Shown in pieces: positions 1 to 12,387 of a stretch of DNA of 64,000 bases. Every line of letters starts with the position of its first letter. The first letter of the stretch is position 1. The notes beneath the pieces are model-generated. The model had not been told where the DNA came from. It saw only the letters and a list, made by a program, of their open reading frames with translations, and searched no databases. The position numbers and the translations under genes are program-made. Source of the DNA: Guillardia theta CCMP2712 (Eukaryota > Protista > Cryptophyta); contig NW_005434626.1 of assembly GCF_000315625.1 (NCBI RefSeq), positions 62,001 through 126,000 on the forward strand, given 5' to 3'.

Positions 1-1
1 G

Positions 2-2269
2 TTGATCCTGTACATAGCGACGATTGGAATTTACCGAACTACGTTTGTTGAGATTCCCTCCTCTAACTGCAACCCTGCTTTCTCCGAGTGGGATTGGTTC
101 GACTTTTCCGTGGATGGATTTTTCTTGATTGATGTGCTGCTTCGAACATTCCTGTTCGGTCAATTCGGGAATAATAATGCTTCCACATGGGAGAACTCAG
201 AAGCGGTTTTGGAGCCATCGAAAGTGATTGTAATGTACATGAAGAACGGTATGTTGGTGGACACCATCACGAGCGTTCCGATTCAATGGATTGTCATGTT
301 CGGAGTCCCTAGCTGTAACACGTCCAACAGCTCCCAGTTGCTCTACTTGCGTTTGCTGCGTCTATACAGATTAACTCGCATCTACAAATTGTTCCAGTCA
401 TACAAGATCAAGAGCTGGCTACGTTACTTGAAGAGGCGGATAGGAAACAACAACATTCTGCAGATGGTCAATTTAGCTATCGTGGTGATGTCGATCAATC
501 ACATCTGGACGTGCCTCTCGTGGCTGGTCCAGTCGACCGACAGCACCATTGATCCGGCATCTGGTCTCTCAGGGTTTGAGCAATACCAGACCGCCATCGG
601 TCTGCAGCTAACTGCCTCGCCGTTCCAGCAGTACTCTGTCTCATTCATGGTCACTCTTCAGATCATGTTTGCCATCGATCCCTACAACGCTACCACGACA
701 CCTGAAGCTTGGTTCGGCGTCTTGACTGTCTGCCTGAGCGTCGTCATCAACGCGACGATGTTGAGCAAAGTGATTGAGATCTGGGAGACGATCAACAGGG
801 CGCAGACAGAGAGAGACAACAGGATCAATGCGGTGATGGAGTTCTTGCGATCCAACGGGATCGACGGGATGCTGCGCAACGACATCTTGGATTACTTTGA
901 GTTCAGATACTCAAACGAGCACTTTGATGTTGAGAAGAAACTCCTCGATGAGTTGCCGACGGAGATGCAATCGCGGGTGATACACAAGATCTTTCCTCGG
1001 GCTCTCGATTCATGCTACCTCTTCACGGGAGCAAGTGAAGGCTTCATCGCACAGTGCGTCGTACGCATGGCTCGTCGGCCGCTGCGCACGATGCCAGGGC
1101 AAGTGATCACGGCAGAGGGCACTTTGGGCTCGGAGATGTTTCTGGTGAGCTCTTGTTGCGATGCCACACCAACTGACCGATGTCTCTGTAGCTCAAGTCG
1201 GGCTCAGCCGAGGTGTCTGTCCAGGACGTCGGAGGGAAGCCCAGGGGCCTCGGGCTGATCGGGCCTGGCCAGTGCTTCGGGGAGATCTCCTTGTGGATGG
1301 AGTCGAGGAGGACGGCAACGGTGACGTCACTGGACTACTGTCAGCTCTTCATGCTCGCCAAGGAAGATCTCGAGAACGTACTCGATCGCTTCCCCGAGAT
1401 GGCTCCCTCCATCGCCACTTTCGCCATAGCCCCGATTCTCCGCACGAAAGAACTCGTCCCCAGCATGGAGGGCCTTACGCAGTATGCTGCTGAGCGGATT
1501 GCAAGGAGAATGGCATTCAATCGGGAGGATTTCGCCGATGGTAATCCCTCCTCCTGTCCCGTGCCCTTCCTGGAGCTACCCTCTTCGCCCTCTTCCTCCC
1601 CTTCCATCCCTCTGATTTTCCAGCTTTCCTTCCACCTCTCTACAGTTTATTGCGATTGACGGCTGCAAGCAGGCGAGGAGCTCTGCTCCTACGGCAAGCC
1701 TGCAGCCACTGCGTACGTGATACGGACAGGGAAGATCTTCTCGGAAGTCTACCAGGGCAGGCTGGAGATCCTCCACAATGACCTGCGATGCGTTGGCTTC
1801 ACGGAGATGCTGGTCGGCAAGACGTACCAGGAGACGGTCAAGGCAAAGGGAATGGTACAGGCGTACAAACTGACATACTCGGACATGCTCGAGCTCTTGG
1901 GATCCTCCAGGTGTTCTCCTTGCGCCTCCCTCCTTTCCCCTCCCTCCCATCATGCGGCACTCACTCCTTCCCTTCCTCGCCCCATTATCACTCCCCGCTC
2001 CTCCTCCCCCCACTCCTCCCACCCCTTCGCTCTCTTCGTTCCTGCAACCTCACTTCAGTCTACACAGCGAGTCCTACGTGCTCGAGCAGATCAAGATTTC
2101 GGCTCAGAAGCAGTTCCGCAAGGTGAAGAAAGCGCACATTGGCATGCGATGGAACCTGCTGCTAGACAGCATCCTCAGCATCATCGAAGTGCCCGATCAA
2201 ACAGAGAACGGAAACATGTTGCAGATCATGATGGGCGCCATCGGACAGCGCTCCCCTCGCCCGCGATGA
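2..2269 (+). CDS. Cyclic-nucleotide-binding-domain cation channel (CNG/KCNH-like), 5'-truncated by the window edge, multi-exon
   Basis: S4-like LRLLRLYRLTRIYKL, S5-pore-S6, C-linker (DILDYFEFRY…LLDELPTEMQ), cNMP domain (PGQVITAEGTLGSEMFL…GPGQCFGEISL…RRTATVTS) and a second degenerate cNMP domain. Introns near 1145-1190, 1541-1645 and ~1912-2067. Confidence 0.85.
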
Positions 2270-2734
2270 CCCTACTCCCTCACACTGCTCAGTGCAGGCT
2301 TGTATATCATAGTTGTTCATCAAATCAATCAAAACTTTCGCGCTGCCGCTGCCTGCTGTCATGGCCCGTCGCTGCCATAGCCTACTGACTGAGTTCCGTC
2401 CAACTGCCCGGCAGGAGCGTTTGTCTCCCAGTTCGGCTAGCCCTGGCCGCCCGGGCCGGCGGCCCGCGGCCCGGGCCGCGGCCGGGTGAGCAAGGTAACG
2501 TTCAGTTGCGGCGGTAACGGATAAACTCAGTGATTCTTGTCCGAGGGGGTATCAATTTTCCTTACAAACTCATTTTCTACAACCATATATTTCATCATTG
2601 ATATCAAAAATTGAAATATAGAAACAAATATTCGATATATATTTCATATCGTGGATCAGAGGATGTTTCCCCCAGCATCGTTCACCTCTACTGCTATGTC
2701 ACTACGATGCTCTAGCGAAGAATGCCTGCCAATC

Positions 2735-3135
2735 CTTCCGCCTAACCTCCTCCTCCTCCACCCCTCCTCCTCCACCCTCTCCTCCTCCACCCTCTCCTCC
2801 TCCACCCTCTCCTCCTCCACCCTCTCCTCCTCCACCCTCTCCTCCTCCACCCTCTCCTCCTCCACCCTCTCCTCCGTGTCTCCTCCTTGTCTCCTCCTTG
2901 TCTCCTCCTCCACCGTCTCCTCCTCCACCCTCTCCTCCTTGTCTCCTCCTTGTCTCCTCCTTGTCTCCTCCTTGTCTCCTCCTTGTCTCCTCCTCCCATC
3001 TCCTCCACACTCTCCTCCGCCGTCTCCTCCTCCACCCTCCACCCTCTCCTCCTTGTCTCCTCCTTGTCTCCTCCTTGTCTCCTCCTCCACCCTCTCCTCC
3101 TCCACCGTCTCCTCCTCCACCCTCTCATCCTTGAC
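2735..3135. repeat. Pyrimidine-rich compound minisatellite (CTCCTCCTCCACCCT 15-mer plus CTCCTCCTTGT 11-mer)
   Basis: Tandem units visible directly; all overlapping ORFs are low-complexity. Confidence 0.9.
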
Positions 3136-3549
3136 CAACCTCCAACTTCTCCTCGTCCCTCCAACTTCTCCTCGTCTTCCTTCCCCCTCCCGTTTTCCCC
3201 TCGCCCCCGCCCAATTCCTCCCCACCCTCCTTTTCCTCTTCTTCTAATGCTGCCCTGCTCCTGCTGCCTGTCTATTCGAGCTCAGTCTCAACTACATTCT
3301 CTCTTTACACCGTGATGCAATCCTCCAACGATCTCCCGCCTCACTTCGACCTTCGATTTGCCCTGCTACACTCAAGTTGCTTCACGTCCCCTATCGCTCT
3401 TCCACAGCTTCACTCTCATATTGGTCTTGTTCATCATCTGGCCATGGACTTTACCTTCGGCTTCTGACTCTTTCTTCCTTGTCTTCCAGGCTCGTTTGCC
3501 CCCCCTTGGATCGTCACGTTGTTGGTGTGGATACAGAGCTCTTGGGTCT

Positions 3550-6500
3550 CATGCTCACAACCGTGGACAGGAATGTGGTAAAGTCAGGTTGAAACTTTGA
3601 GCTGTACGCCGCCGCTATGCTGGGTTCTTTGTCGCCGATGTCCAACGGTGTCAGAACACGCGAAGATCTGGAGAAGAAGGTTCAGGAGCAAGCTGAGCAG
3701 ATCAAGAAATTGGCTGAGAGTCTTCACAATCAACAACTCAAGTGATTGGCCACCACTCCCCTGAGTTTGTGAGGTTGACTTTGCCTCCAAGGTTTCAGCA
3801 ACTTCAGCAGAAGTATCAACAGCTGCACAATGAGAATGCTGTTCTCAAGGTACAGCGAGTGTGAACCAATCCGGACTGAAGGAGCTTGTCAGGCGTCCGG
3901 GAAGACAGGAGGCGATGACCAAGGAGGCATCATGAGCGAGTTGTCCAAGAAAGATGCTATGCTTGACAGGTGCAGCGAACAGTGTTGTGGTGGAAGGCAG
4001 TGAATTTCTGTTTACAAAGGATGAAACGAGAAGCGAAGCAAGTGATTGATGCCCTTAAGAAGAAGCATGCTGAGGAGGTGATGATAAGCTCCTCCCTCTC
4101 TCCTTCCTTGTTCATGTGGGTGCAGATCGAAGCACTCAAGGCGTCTCACTTGACTCTGTCTCCTGCCTCTTCATCGAGCAGGGCAGCAGCTGGCGACCCG
4201 TCGAGCTCGCATGTACTGGAGGTTCTCACTGCTCTCACTTTCCTGACGTCGAGCGTGTCTAGCAGGGGCCTGCTGCTCATGTTGCAGCTCTCACTGCCGA
4301 GCTGGGGGAAGCAAGAGGACGGATCTCTGAACTAGAGGTGAGTTAGGAAGGGGAGTAGAGGAAGCAGAGTGTTACGGGCGAACGAGCAGGGTTGGGATGC
4401 GCGTCCGTGTCATACGGGAGAGAGTTGAGGAGAAGTTGAGGAGAAGGATTTGACGACACAACAGGTGAAGCTCAACGCAGCTGAAGAAGCTCAAGTGGAC
4501 AAGGAATGGCTGGAAGCAGACCTAATGGCCGCAAAGAGCGAGATCGAGAACTTGAAGAAGGACTTGGCTCTCGCACAAGCAAACTCACACGTCAGGGACG
4601 GAGCGAAGGAGCACGAGAAGGAGATGAAGAGGTTGATTGAGGAGTCGAAGCGGTTGAAAGAGACCAACGAGGAGATGAAGAGTGCTGTTGCTGCCGCCGA
4701 GCAAGGGAAGCTGACTCTTCAATCCGCGCTGGCAGCCATGGAAAGAGAAGTAGGAGAGAAGAAGCAGCAGGAGGAGAAGAGGGAGGAAACTGCGAGATTG
4801 CTGGAGAAGGAGTTGGAGGAAGCAACAGGGGAGATAAAGACACTCCGAGCTAAGATTTTTGAGCTGGAGGAGGACGGTGAATTGCTTCGAAAAGATCTCG
4901 AGGCCACGAAAAGGAAGCTGGAGGAGCAACAGGCCAAGTTTGAGGAAGAAAAGCTTGCAAGCGAGGAAAGACTTCAGTCGAGCAGCAAGGTGACAGAAGA
5001 GGACACTCGCTCCTGCTCACGTTCTTGCAGAGTCCCACGACTTCTCTGCAGCTGGGAGACATGCAGGGCGAGGTCTGTCTGATTGTCCGCCAGGTCCTTG
5101 AAGCCATCGATCTCGCCAACCTAGTCGAGGCTGATGGAAAGTCGCTGGTGCAAGAGGCATGCAGTCTGCAGGAGCAGCAGGCAGCCCGAGAGAAGGAGAG
5201 CAGGGAGATGAAACTGGAGGTTAACGAGAAGGAGAGCAAGATTGAAGGACTGCAGAGCCAGTTGGCAGAGCAGAAGCAGTTAGTCTTCGAGCACCAGCAG
5301 ACCGTGCAGGAGTTGAAACGAGCCAAAGCTAGCATGGAGGAGGAGCTCGAGAGTTTGCAAGTCGAGAACAAGAAGCAGAAAGAGCAGATCACCAAGATCA
5401 AGAACGAAGCGCAGAAGGCGACTGACAAGAGCAAGACTTTGGTTGAAGAGGCACAGATGGCGAAGATCGAGCTCGAGAAAGACCTGGTCCAATACCAGGA
5501 GAAGATCGCAACCCAGGACGCCAGGATCGCCGAATTGCAGAACGAAAGACAGACTCTCATGGCAGTGAGGGCTGAGCTGGCGAGTCACAAGTCTGAATGG
5601 GAAGCCCTAGAGTCACAGCTGAGGCAGCAGCTGCAGGAGAGCGAGGAGGAGAGATCGCGTGCGGAGGAAAGAGAGGCGATCCTGAGGCAGAAGGCGGAGG
5701 AGCTGGAGGAGACCATGGCAAGGCAGGGCAACGCTCATGAGGTGCAGGAGCTGGAGATGCAGCTGCGAGAAGCGAACGAGAAGCTGGCGAAGTTGATGCA
5801 GCATGAGGAGCATGTGGAGACCATGCACAAGGCAGACGTGGACCACCTGAGGAGCGAGAATCAAGCGCTGCGAGAGAAGAACGACAAATATCGACAGATC
5901 TTGCAGCGAGTGAAGGACGAGAGGGCGCAGGAGGAGCAGCAGAAGCTCAAGGACGAGCAAGTGGAAGCAGCGCACAAGCAGGAGATCGAGAAGCTCAGGG
6001 AGAAGATCCTGGAGCTGCAGGCTGCTCCCAGCCATGCTTCCGCATCCAACGGCTTCGTGGCCTACTCGGACCTGATGAATGCGAGGGAGGAGATATCTCA
6101 GCTGGAGGAGGAGCTGAGGGCTGCGCGCATGGAGAGTCAGATGCTGAGGAGAGAGCTCCAGGGGCACAACCAACAGCAAGAGGAGGGGGTCAACCGCGAC
6201 GCCTTCCCTTCAGCGGGCGATCGGTTAGGCCCCGAGGCCGAATGGAGCAATTGGCAGGGCGCGAGCACGTTTGCCAACCCGGCGGCTCCCAGTGCTCTCG
6301 AGTCAAGTGCGGCATGCTCCAGCTCTAGCCCCGGGGCCTTCCAAGAGCTGCGGCACGACGAGGAGGGAGTAGCGTTCTACTCGCAGCGGGCTCTGTGCCT
6401 CGCAAGCGAGGAGGAGGTCCAAAGCGCGTTGAGCAACATCGAGGGACTCCTGGAGAAGTGCCGAGCGGACTGCCCCCCGTCGTCTGCCGTCCTGACAAGA

Positions 6501-7841
6501 CTCGTGAGCGAGGTAGAGCTGCTGCGTCCGATGGTCAGCCTGCGGGAACCAGCAGGAGAGACGGTGAGGAGGCGTCTTTCCTCCTCGGCGAGTACTCACT
6601 GGTCCGCCAGGTGGAGGTCAGGAGCTGGGAGGAGCTCTCGATGCTCCTCTTCGTGAACTCCGACATGCCCGACGGAAGTCCCTTCGTGTTCTGCGGCATG
6701 CCGGACTCCGAGTCTCGTCTCCTTACCAGCGCACAGCAGGTAAGCACATGACGAACTGCTGCCCAGGCTACGTGAACGGGGAAGTGACGTCCACTAGGTG
6801 AGCGAGAGATGCCAAGACAAGGAGTTGGCGATCGTGGAGGTGACAAGTAACTGCGCGCTTAACTTGCTGACATGCTGTCAAGAACTTCCGCAAGGAAGCG
6901 AGCAAGCGACTTTCAACTTCGGCCTCTGCGTTGGAGTGGATGGTGAGCAAACTAAGGAGCAGAATGCGCTTAGGGGGAGATGAGAGGGACGAGGGTAGAT
7001 GAACGGGGGGAGACGAGTTGAGTGAGCAGGAGATTGCAGGCGCTGGGCCATAGGAATGGCCTGCCGACGAGGATGATCGATTTTTGCTCTTCTCCTCTCG
7101 CTGCTGTTCACTGCGCAACTCTGGGAGCAGAAGACAAGCCGGGAGTGAGTGAGTTGCTTCCTGCTGGAAGGAACTGACAAGCTTCAGGTCGTGTGGGCGG
7201 TGGATGCGAGCGTTTGTCACGAGAGCAGTCACTTCTTCCCTCTGTGGAAACAGGATGCGAGCTGGTGGAAAGCGTCAGCAAGGAGGGGAAGAGCTCGAGG
7301 CTTTTCTGGGGGGAAAGTGATGTCAGGAGAGGAGTTTGAGGATTTCGTGCTTTACGGGAAAGAGAAAGCGGAACGAGAGCGAGGGATGGAGATGGGAATG
7401 GAGGAAGACAGAAATCAGCCGCTGGGACACGAAGAGAGGGTCGAGGCCATTGACCTTCAGGTGTTCGGCGACTCTGTCTTCTTTGTAGAGCCGACGATCC
7501 CCGGCGAGTCGCTCTCCTCCACCTCCTCCTCTTCAATGCAACAGGTGGTAATACCCGAAGTTAGGCTTCTTCCTCATCACGTTGCAGGGCCACATCGTCG
7601 CGATCATGGCGGATCGTTACAGGCGGCTGGAGGAGTGGCTGACGAGGAGGCCGGGAGCGTGAGTTGTCCCGTGACTAGGGGAGAAGGGAAGCTAAGCAGG
7701 CGCAGGTACCGTCGCATCCTCATCCCTGCTCGGCTCAAGCGTTCTATCCGGTCGCGGCTGGACCAGTCGGGGCTGACAGAGAAAACGCTGCAGCCCGGGC
7801 TAGACGGGCTGTGCAAGTGGATCCGCAGATGTCACACATGA
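3550..7841 (+). CDS. Large multi-exon coiled-coil protein with a globular C-terminal region
   Basis: E/K/Q-rich heptad ORFs 4450-5082 and 5025-6656 joined by short GT-AG introns; further exons to 7841. Start is approximate. Confidence 0.65.
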
Positions 7842-7849
7842 AGTGAAGA

Positions 7850-8873
7850 GGTTGAGACAGACGCCTGCTAGGGCAGAGGAAGCAGAGGAGCTTGAGACTC
7901 GATTTGACGCTCGGTGGTCCCTCCAGACCGGATGAGCTCTGACAGTCGTTGTGTGCTCGTCCTCCAAGCAACGCCGTCCCTGAAGTGACTGGCGATGCAC
8001 ATCGAAGGAGGATACTCCTGCTCTCGCCCCGACTCATCCTCTCGTCCTATCCCCTCCTCCTTCCTTGCTCCGTCATGGCTCGGAGATCCCTTACAAGCAT
8101 GTCAGCTTCACTCAGCACAGAGCTTCACCTATCCTCCCCCATTTCTCCCTCTGACCCACAACCTCGCAGCTGAGTCTCGTTCCTCCATCTTCTCACCTCT
8201 GCTGGAGGTCGCAGGGTCCTCGGGAAGGGTTCGGGCGGTGGGACATGCCTCCTTCTCTCGTCCATGTTGCTGCGAGCTCGTCAGAACCGCACAAGCGTCA
8301 AGTCAGTCGCACAGGCTCTTGTTTCCCACAGCCTCCATCCCCTCCTCGCTCCTCCTCCCGTTGGCCTCACAGACGCGTGCGATGTCTTCATGGTCATGGC
8401 CTATGTCGAGCAAAACTTCTTGGCACCAGTCGTCTCTCTCCCTTGTCAGCGACTGAGCCATGCACTGGTCTCTATCCTGATCCCTGCTCTCATTATCGTC
8501 CAGCTCCGACCCACTGAGCCTCCAGGTAGACAGGAATCGCTGGTGAGCTTGCAGCACGCGCGACTCGCATTCCTTCCTCAGTTCCTCCCAGCGCCCGTTG
8601 GTCATCGTCCTCCCGAACCTGCTGGCATCATGGAACAATCAGGCCACCGTCAACCTCATGAGCTCCTCCCTCCTCTTCTCTCTCCTACCTCCTCCCATCA
8701 TCCCTCTCCATCTGCATCTCTCTCACTCGGTCTTCCTCTGCCTCCCTCTACTCTCCCCTACTTCAGTTTTCAGTCTAGCTGAGAGTCTGATGTGGCAACC
8801 CTAACCATGTCAAGTTTCTCGCTCCCGAGCCTGGGTTCGATCATCACATCACTGTCGTAGGCTACACTTCGTT
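7850..8873 (-). CDS. Hypothetical multi-exon protein
   Basis: ATG near 8873 (MSVGGTQRS…), exon ORF 8303-8638 (GRWEELRKECESRVLQ…), purine-rich introns on the minus strand. No recognisable domain. Confidence 0.3.
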
Positions 8874-9923
8874 GAGTGCCTCCTACTGACATGGTGGAGT
8901 TGTCTCCTCTCCTTCCTCTCCCTCCTTGCTCTTTCCGAGTCTTTCTCTGAGCCTCGGAATGACAAGGTGAAAAAAAACAATCACAGTCAACAAGGCGGGC
9001 CCGCGGCCCGCGGCCCCGCGATCACTGTGTCATCGACATTCAAGCCTTGAATATTTCCGGGCCCCCGGAGTCCTTTCCCGGGCCGGGCGACCTGGCAGGT
9101 CACCGGGTCGAGTCGCCTCAGGCTGCCCACTTCAATGAAGTCTCAAGCCTAGTTGGCCCCAACTCCCGGGTGCCGAAGTTCAGGTATCATATGCCTCAGC
9201 ACTGTCACGGTCTTACTAGTGACTCAAAGTTAAGTTCAACAAGTAAAATCAGTACAAGGACACAATGATCACTTGGAGAGTCGAGGAGGCTTGACCCTGA
9301 CACTCTGTCGACGGTCCCACAGGGCCAAACGGCGAGAAGAGAAAAGATCGGACTAAGCGAGAACCAAACCTTAGGGCCTGCCAACTGCCGCAGTGCTGTC
9401 CGACGCCGACGGTTCCCCAAACTTACTGCCGGTGGCAGGCTCATCTTTTACTCAAATTAAAGGTAAAAATCAGAAAGAGGACAATCAGGAGAGCTCATCA
9501 GTACCGTTCACATGTCATGATGCAGTCAACGTGACGTGACAGCGGCCGACCCGGGCTCAGTTCAGAATGGCGGCGACCCGGAGCGGCAAGTCGGGCCGGG
9601 CGGCCGGAGTCCGGCTGACCGAGCCCGCCCCCCGCCTAGGTGACCGTACCGTACTGCTGGCGTACTACCACACGGTTTGAAACCGTGAAGTACTCAAACG
9701 GTCGCAGTGGCGGCCGCACTGATTCCGAGCCAAAAAGCCATCAGCGGCTGTCTGCACTACCGGCAACGAATTGCAATGATGATGTGAACTTTGAGAGATT
9801 CATTTTTAGTAGTTTACAAACACGCAAATCAATTTATAATCTACAGCAAGCTCAGCCGCAGCAGCCTTGAACTTCCAAGTCTGCAAAGCAGCTCCATCAG
9901 CTTGCACAAGGCAAGTTCACTCT

Positions 9924-10805
9924 TTAAAAGGTCGGCCTCCATTCCATAACAAGAGGATCATTCATTCCTCCTCCACGTAGATCTCGCGCGAGTGCTTGCA
10001 ACCGTCGAGAAGCGAGCTCATCCTCCACTTGGCTCCAAGAGAGAGACTCTGACTGTGCTTCCACTTGTCTCGGGAGGTTCCAACAGCTGTAGTCCATCAT
10101 GGAAGTAGCAGGAGAAGAACTGTCCGAATAACAGGACTTGGGAATAGGAACAATACTTGAGCTCAAGAAGAAAGGAAAACATCTTTCTTCGACTTCGGAC
10201 AGATCTTCATTGCTCGTGCCGCTGGTATCAGTCATGGTGGTTGAGTGGAGGTAATCTAAATCATCTCCCAACTGCTCCTCCACCGGCGATTCTGATTTTT
10301 CCATAAGCGGCCAAGTGATGGAGTCTAGTGCTGAGAGATCACTCTCCAACTTCTTGTTCTTCATGTTCGCTCGCCGACGCCTTGGCTTAGAGTCCTTGGA
10401 TCCAATGGGTCGACCAGGAGATCTCATCTTGATGCCCTTGGGTCTTATGATCTTGCTGCCGTCCTGTAGCTTGTCCTCTGACTTGACAAGGCCAGAGTCC
10501 AGGCCCTCTCCTTGAGCGCTGTTTGCATATGCGTCCTTGGTTGCATGCGCCCACGTCCGACGATTCCACACATCTCGGACGGCTTTGGGACTGACACCAA
10601 ACTTTTTGGCAAGCAATTGGCTGTTCCCAGCAAGCTTGCTGGGGTTGGGATCGTCTTTGTCTGGAGGGCGCAAAGCATAGATCAAGGCTGCTTGTTCCTT
10701 TGTCAAGGTCGCCCGAAACCTGCGACGAGCAGGTCGTCCTTGACCTCCAGCTGCAGGGCCCAGCGCCTGTTTCGAGGTTGCGGCAGAGCCGCTAAAAGTG
10801 TTCAT
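9924..10805 (-). CDS. Putative DNA-binding protein: HTH-like domain plus AT-hook-like motif
   Basis: RATLTKEQAALIY…LLAKKFGVSPKAVRDVWNRRTWAHAT followed by SPGRPIGSKDSKPRRRR; intronless. Likely start MNTFSG at 10805 (ORF open to 10868). Confidence 0.7.
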   Translation of the reverse strand: MNTFSGSAATSKQALGPAAGGQGRPARRRFRATLTKEQAALIYALRPPDKDDPNPSKLAGNSQLLAKKFGVSPKAVRDVWNRRTWAHATKDAYANSAQGEGLDSGLVKSEDKLQDGSKIIRPKGIKMRSPGRPIGSKDSKPRRRRANMKNKKLESDLSALDSITWPLMEKSESPVEEQLGDDLDYLHSTTMTDTSGTSNEDLSEVEERCFPFFLSSSIVPIPKSCYSDSSSPATSMMDYSCWNLPRQVEAQSESLSWSQVEDELASRRLQALARDLRGGGMNDPLVMEWRPTF

Positions 10806-12387
10806 CGTTCTGACTGAAAAAGAAGAGAACGTACTATCCAGCATCCGAGCAATCAATTGTTCAAACAACTTCTAACTCTCGTCATACACGGGTACAGATA
10901 ACAACCAGCGAGCACAAGGAATGGTGGAGTGAAGGTTCGAAGGAGAAGGGAGATGGGCTGGAAAGAATTCAGCTCAATGAAGAGAAGTGAGAGGATGAGC
11001 AAGTGGTCAGAAGAGCAGTGTTGAACACGAAGGCGGAACAATGTGAGTGTGTGGCAACAAGGGGAAAGGATTGGGGGCAGGGAAGCAGCGACAGACTAGG
11101 TAGGGTCCAGAAGAGGGGAGAAGGGAGGGTAGTCCACCGGAAAACACTATCAAATTTCAATCGATGGGGTGGGTCAGGATGGGTAGTGGATAATCAAGGG
11201 TAGGTGGTACATAATTCTCAGAATGACCAGGGTCATTTCCTAACAAAGATCTCTATTATGTACGGGTGTGAATATTTGGGTAGGGGTACTTTCCGCTATC
11301 CCTGACGAAAATTTAGGTGGGGGTGGCACTGATTAACGATCTCGGGGGACGAGATACCGCAGGGGCCAAAAAGAAGCCATTTGGGACCACCCCCCCCCTG
11401 TATCCCACTGATTCCTTAGAAAATAACCCCTACATCGATGACCTACCCATCGTTTCAGACATGACAGGTGGGTGGGTCATTCAAAAAGAAAAGAATCTCC
11501 ATGAGGAGATCACGATCTCCAGGAAGGAGATACCCCTTTCCCGGATCATCAGGGCCCGCCCCAGTGTCGCGACTGCGGTCCGTGCCCGTGACCATGCGGC
11601 CGCCACGACCGTGACTTTTTGAAAGCGAGCCCGACCTACCGTAGTACTAGTCACTAGGGCAGCGCGGGTAGCAGTGCGGCGCCGTGCCCGCGACCCGCCC
11701 GGCCGGGCCGGGCGGGCGGGCGGCGGGGCGCACTCGCCGCACAGGCTGCGGCACCACCGTGACGAGGCTCAGTGCAGCCGCTGCCCGGCGGGGGGCCGGC
11801 CGCCCGGCGCCGCCGACTCGGCCCGGTCGGACTCAGTCTCGCCGGCCCCCGCCGGGCCCGAGTCACGCCGGTCCGCCGGCCCGCCGAGCAGGCCGCCCGG
11901 CCGCGCGGCCCGCGCCGGCGCCTAGGCCAGTCACTGAGTCAGTGCGACATTGCTAAGTTGTGGCACGTTGCCGGGCCCCGGGCCTCGAGACTCTCTTACA
12001 CCGGGAGAGCAGAATGATGCCCTGGCAGAACCTCAGGCAGACAACGCAAACGGGTGGAGGAAGGGGAAGAGGAGGGAGGAAGAGGAGGGAGGAAGAGGAG
12101 GGAAGCTGAGGAGCTGAGGGAGGAACTCACAGCGATATCAGAAGACCTGCAATAGATAGCGAGAGCAGAAGGGAGATCGAATTTGAGAGGGATGGAGACA
12201 GTTGCGAGTGGAAAGTGAAATTTAGAGAAATTTGCCACGAATGGAAGTTTTTTCCCGGGGGCAAGGAGGGATGAAAGATCCACAGGATACTTTTTACTTA
12301 TGGATATACTCGATGATGGGGGAAGTGGGATAGGGACAGAGTGATACTGAAAAGCGAGTTCAGTTCTGATGTGTTTTCCACCAGGGT

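Noticed and set aside
2651-3315. Low-complexity ORFs (poly-SSSTL, EERVE, RRRGW)
   Set aside because: Translation products of the CCT-rich minisatellite.
11160-11485. Weak inverted GGGTCA/TGACC motifs as a TIR element
   Set aside because: Matches are short and imperfect, with no TSD.
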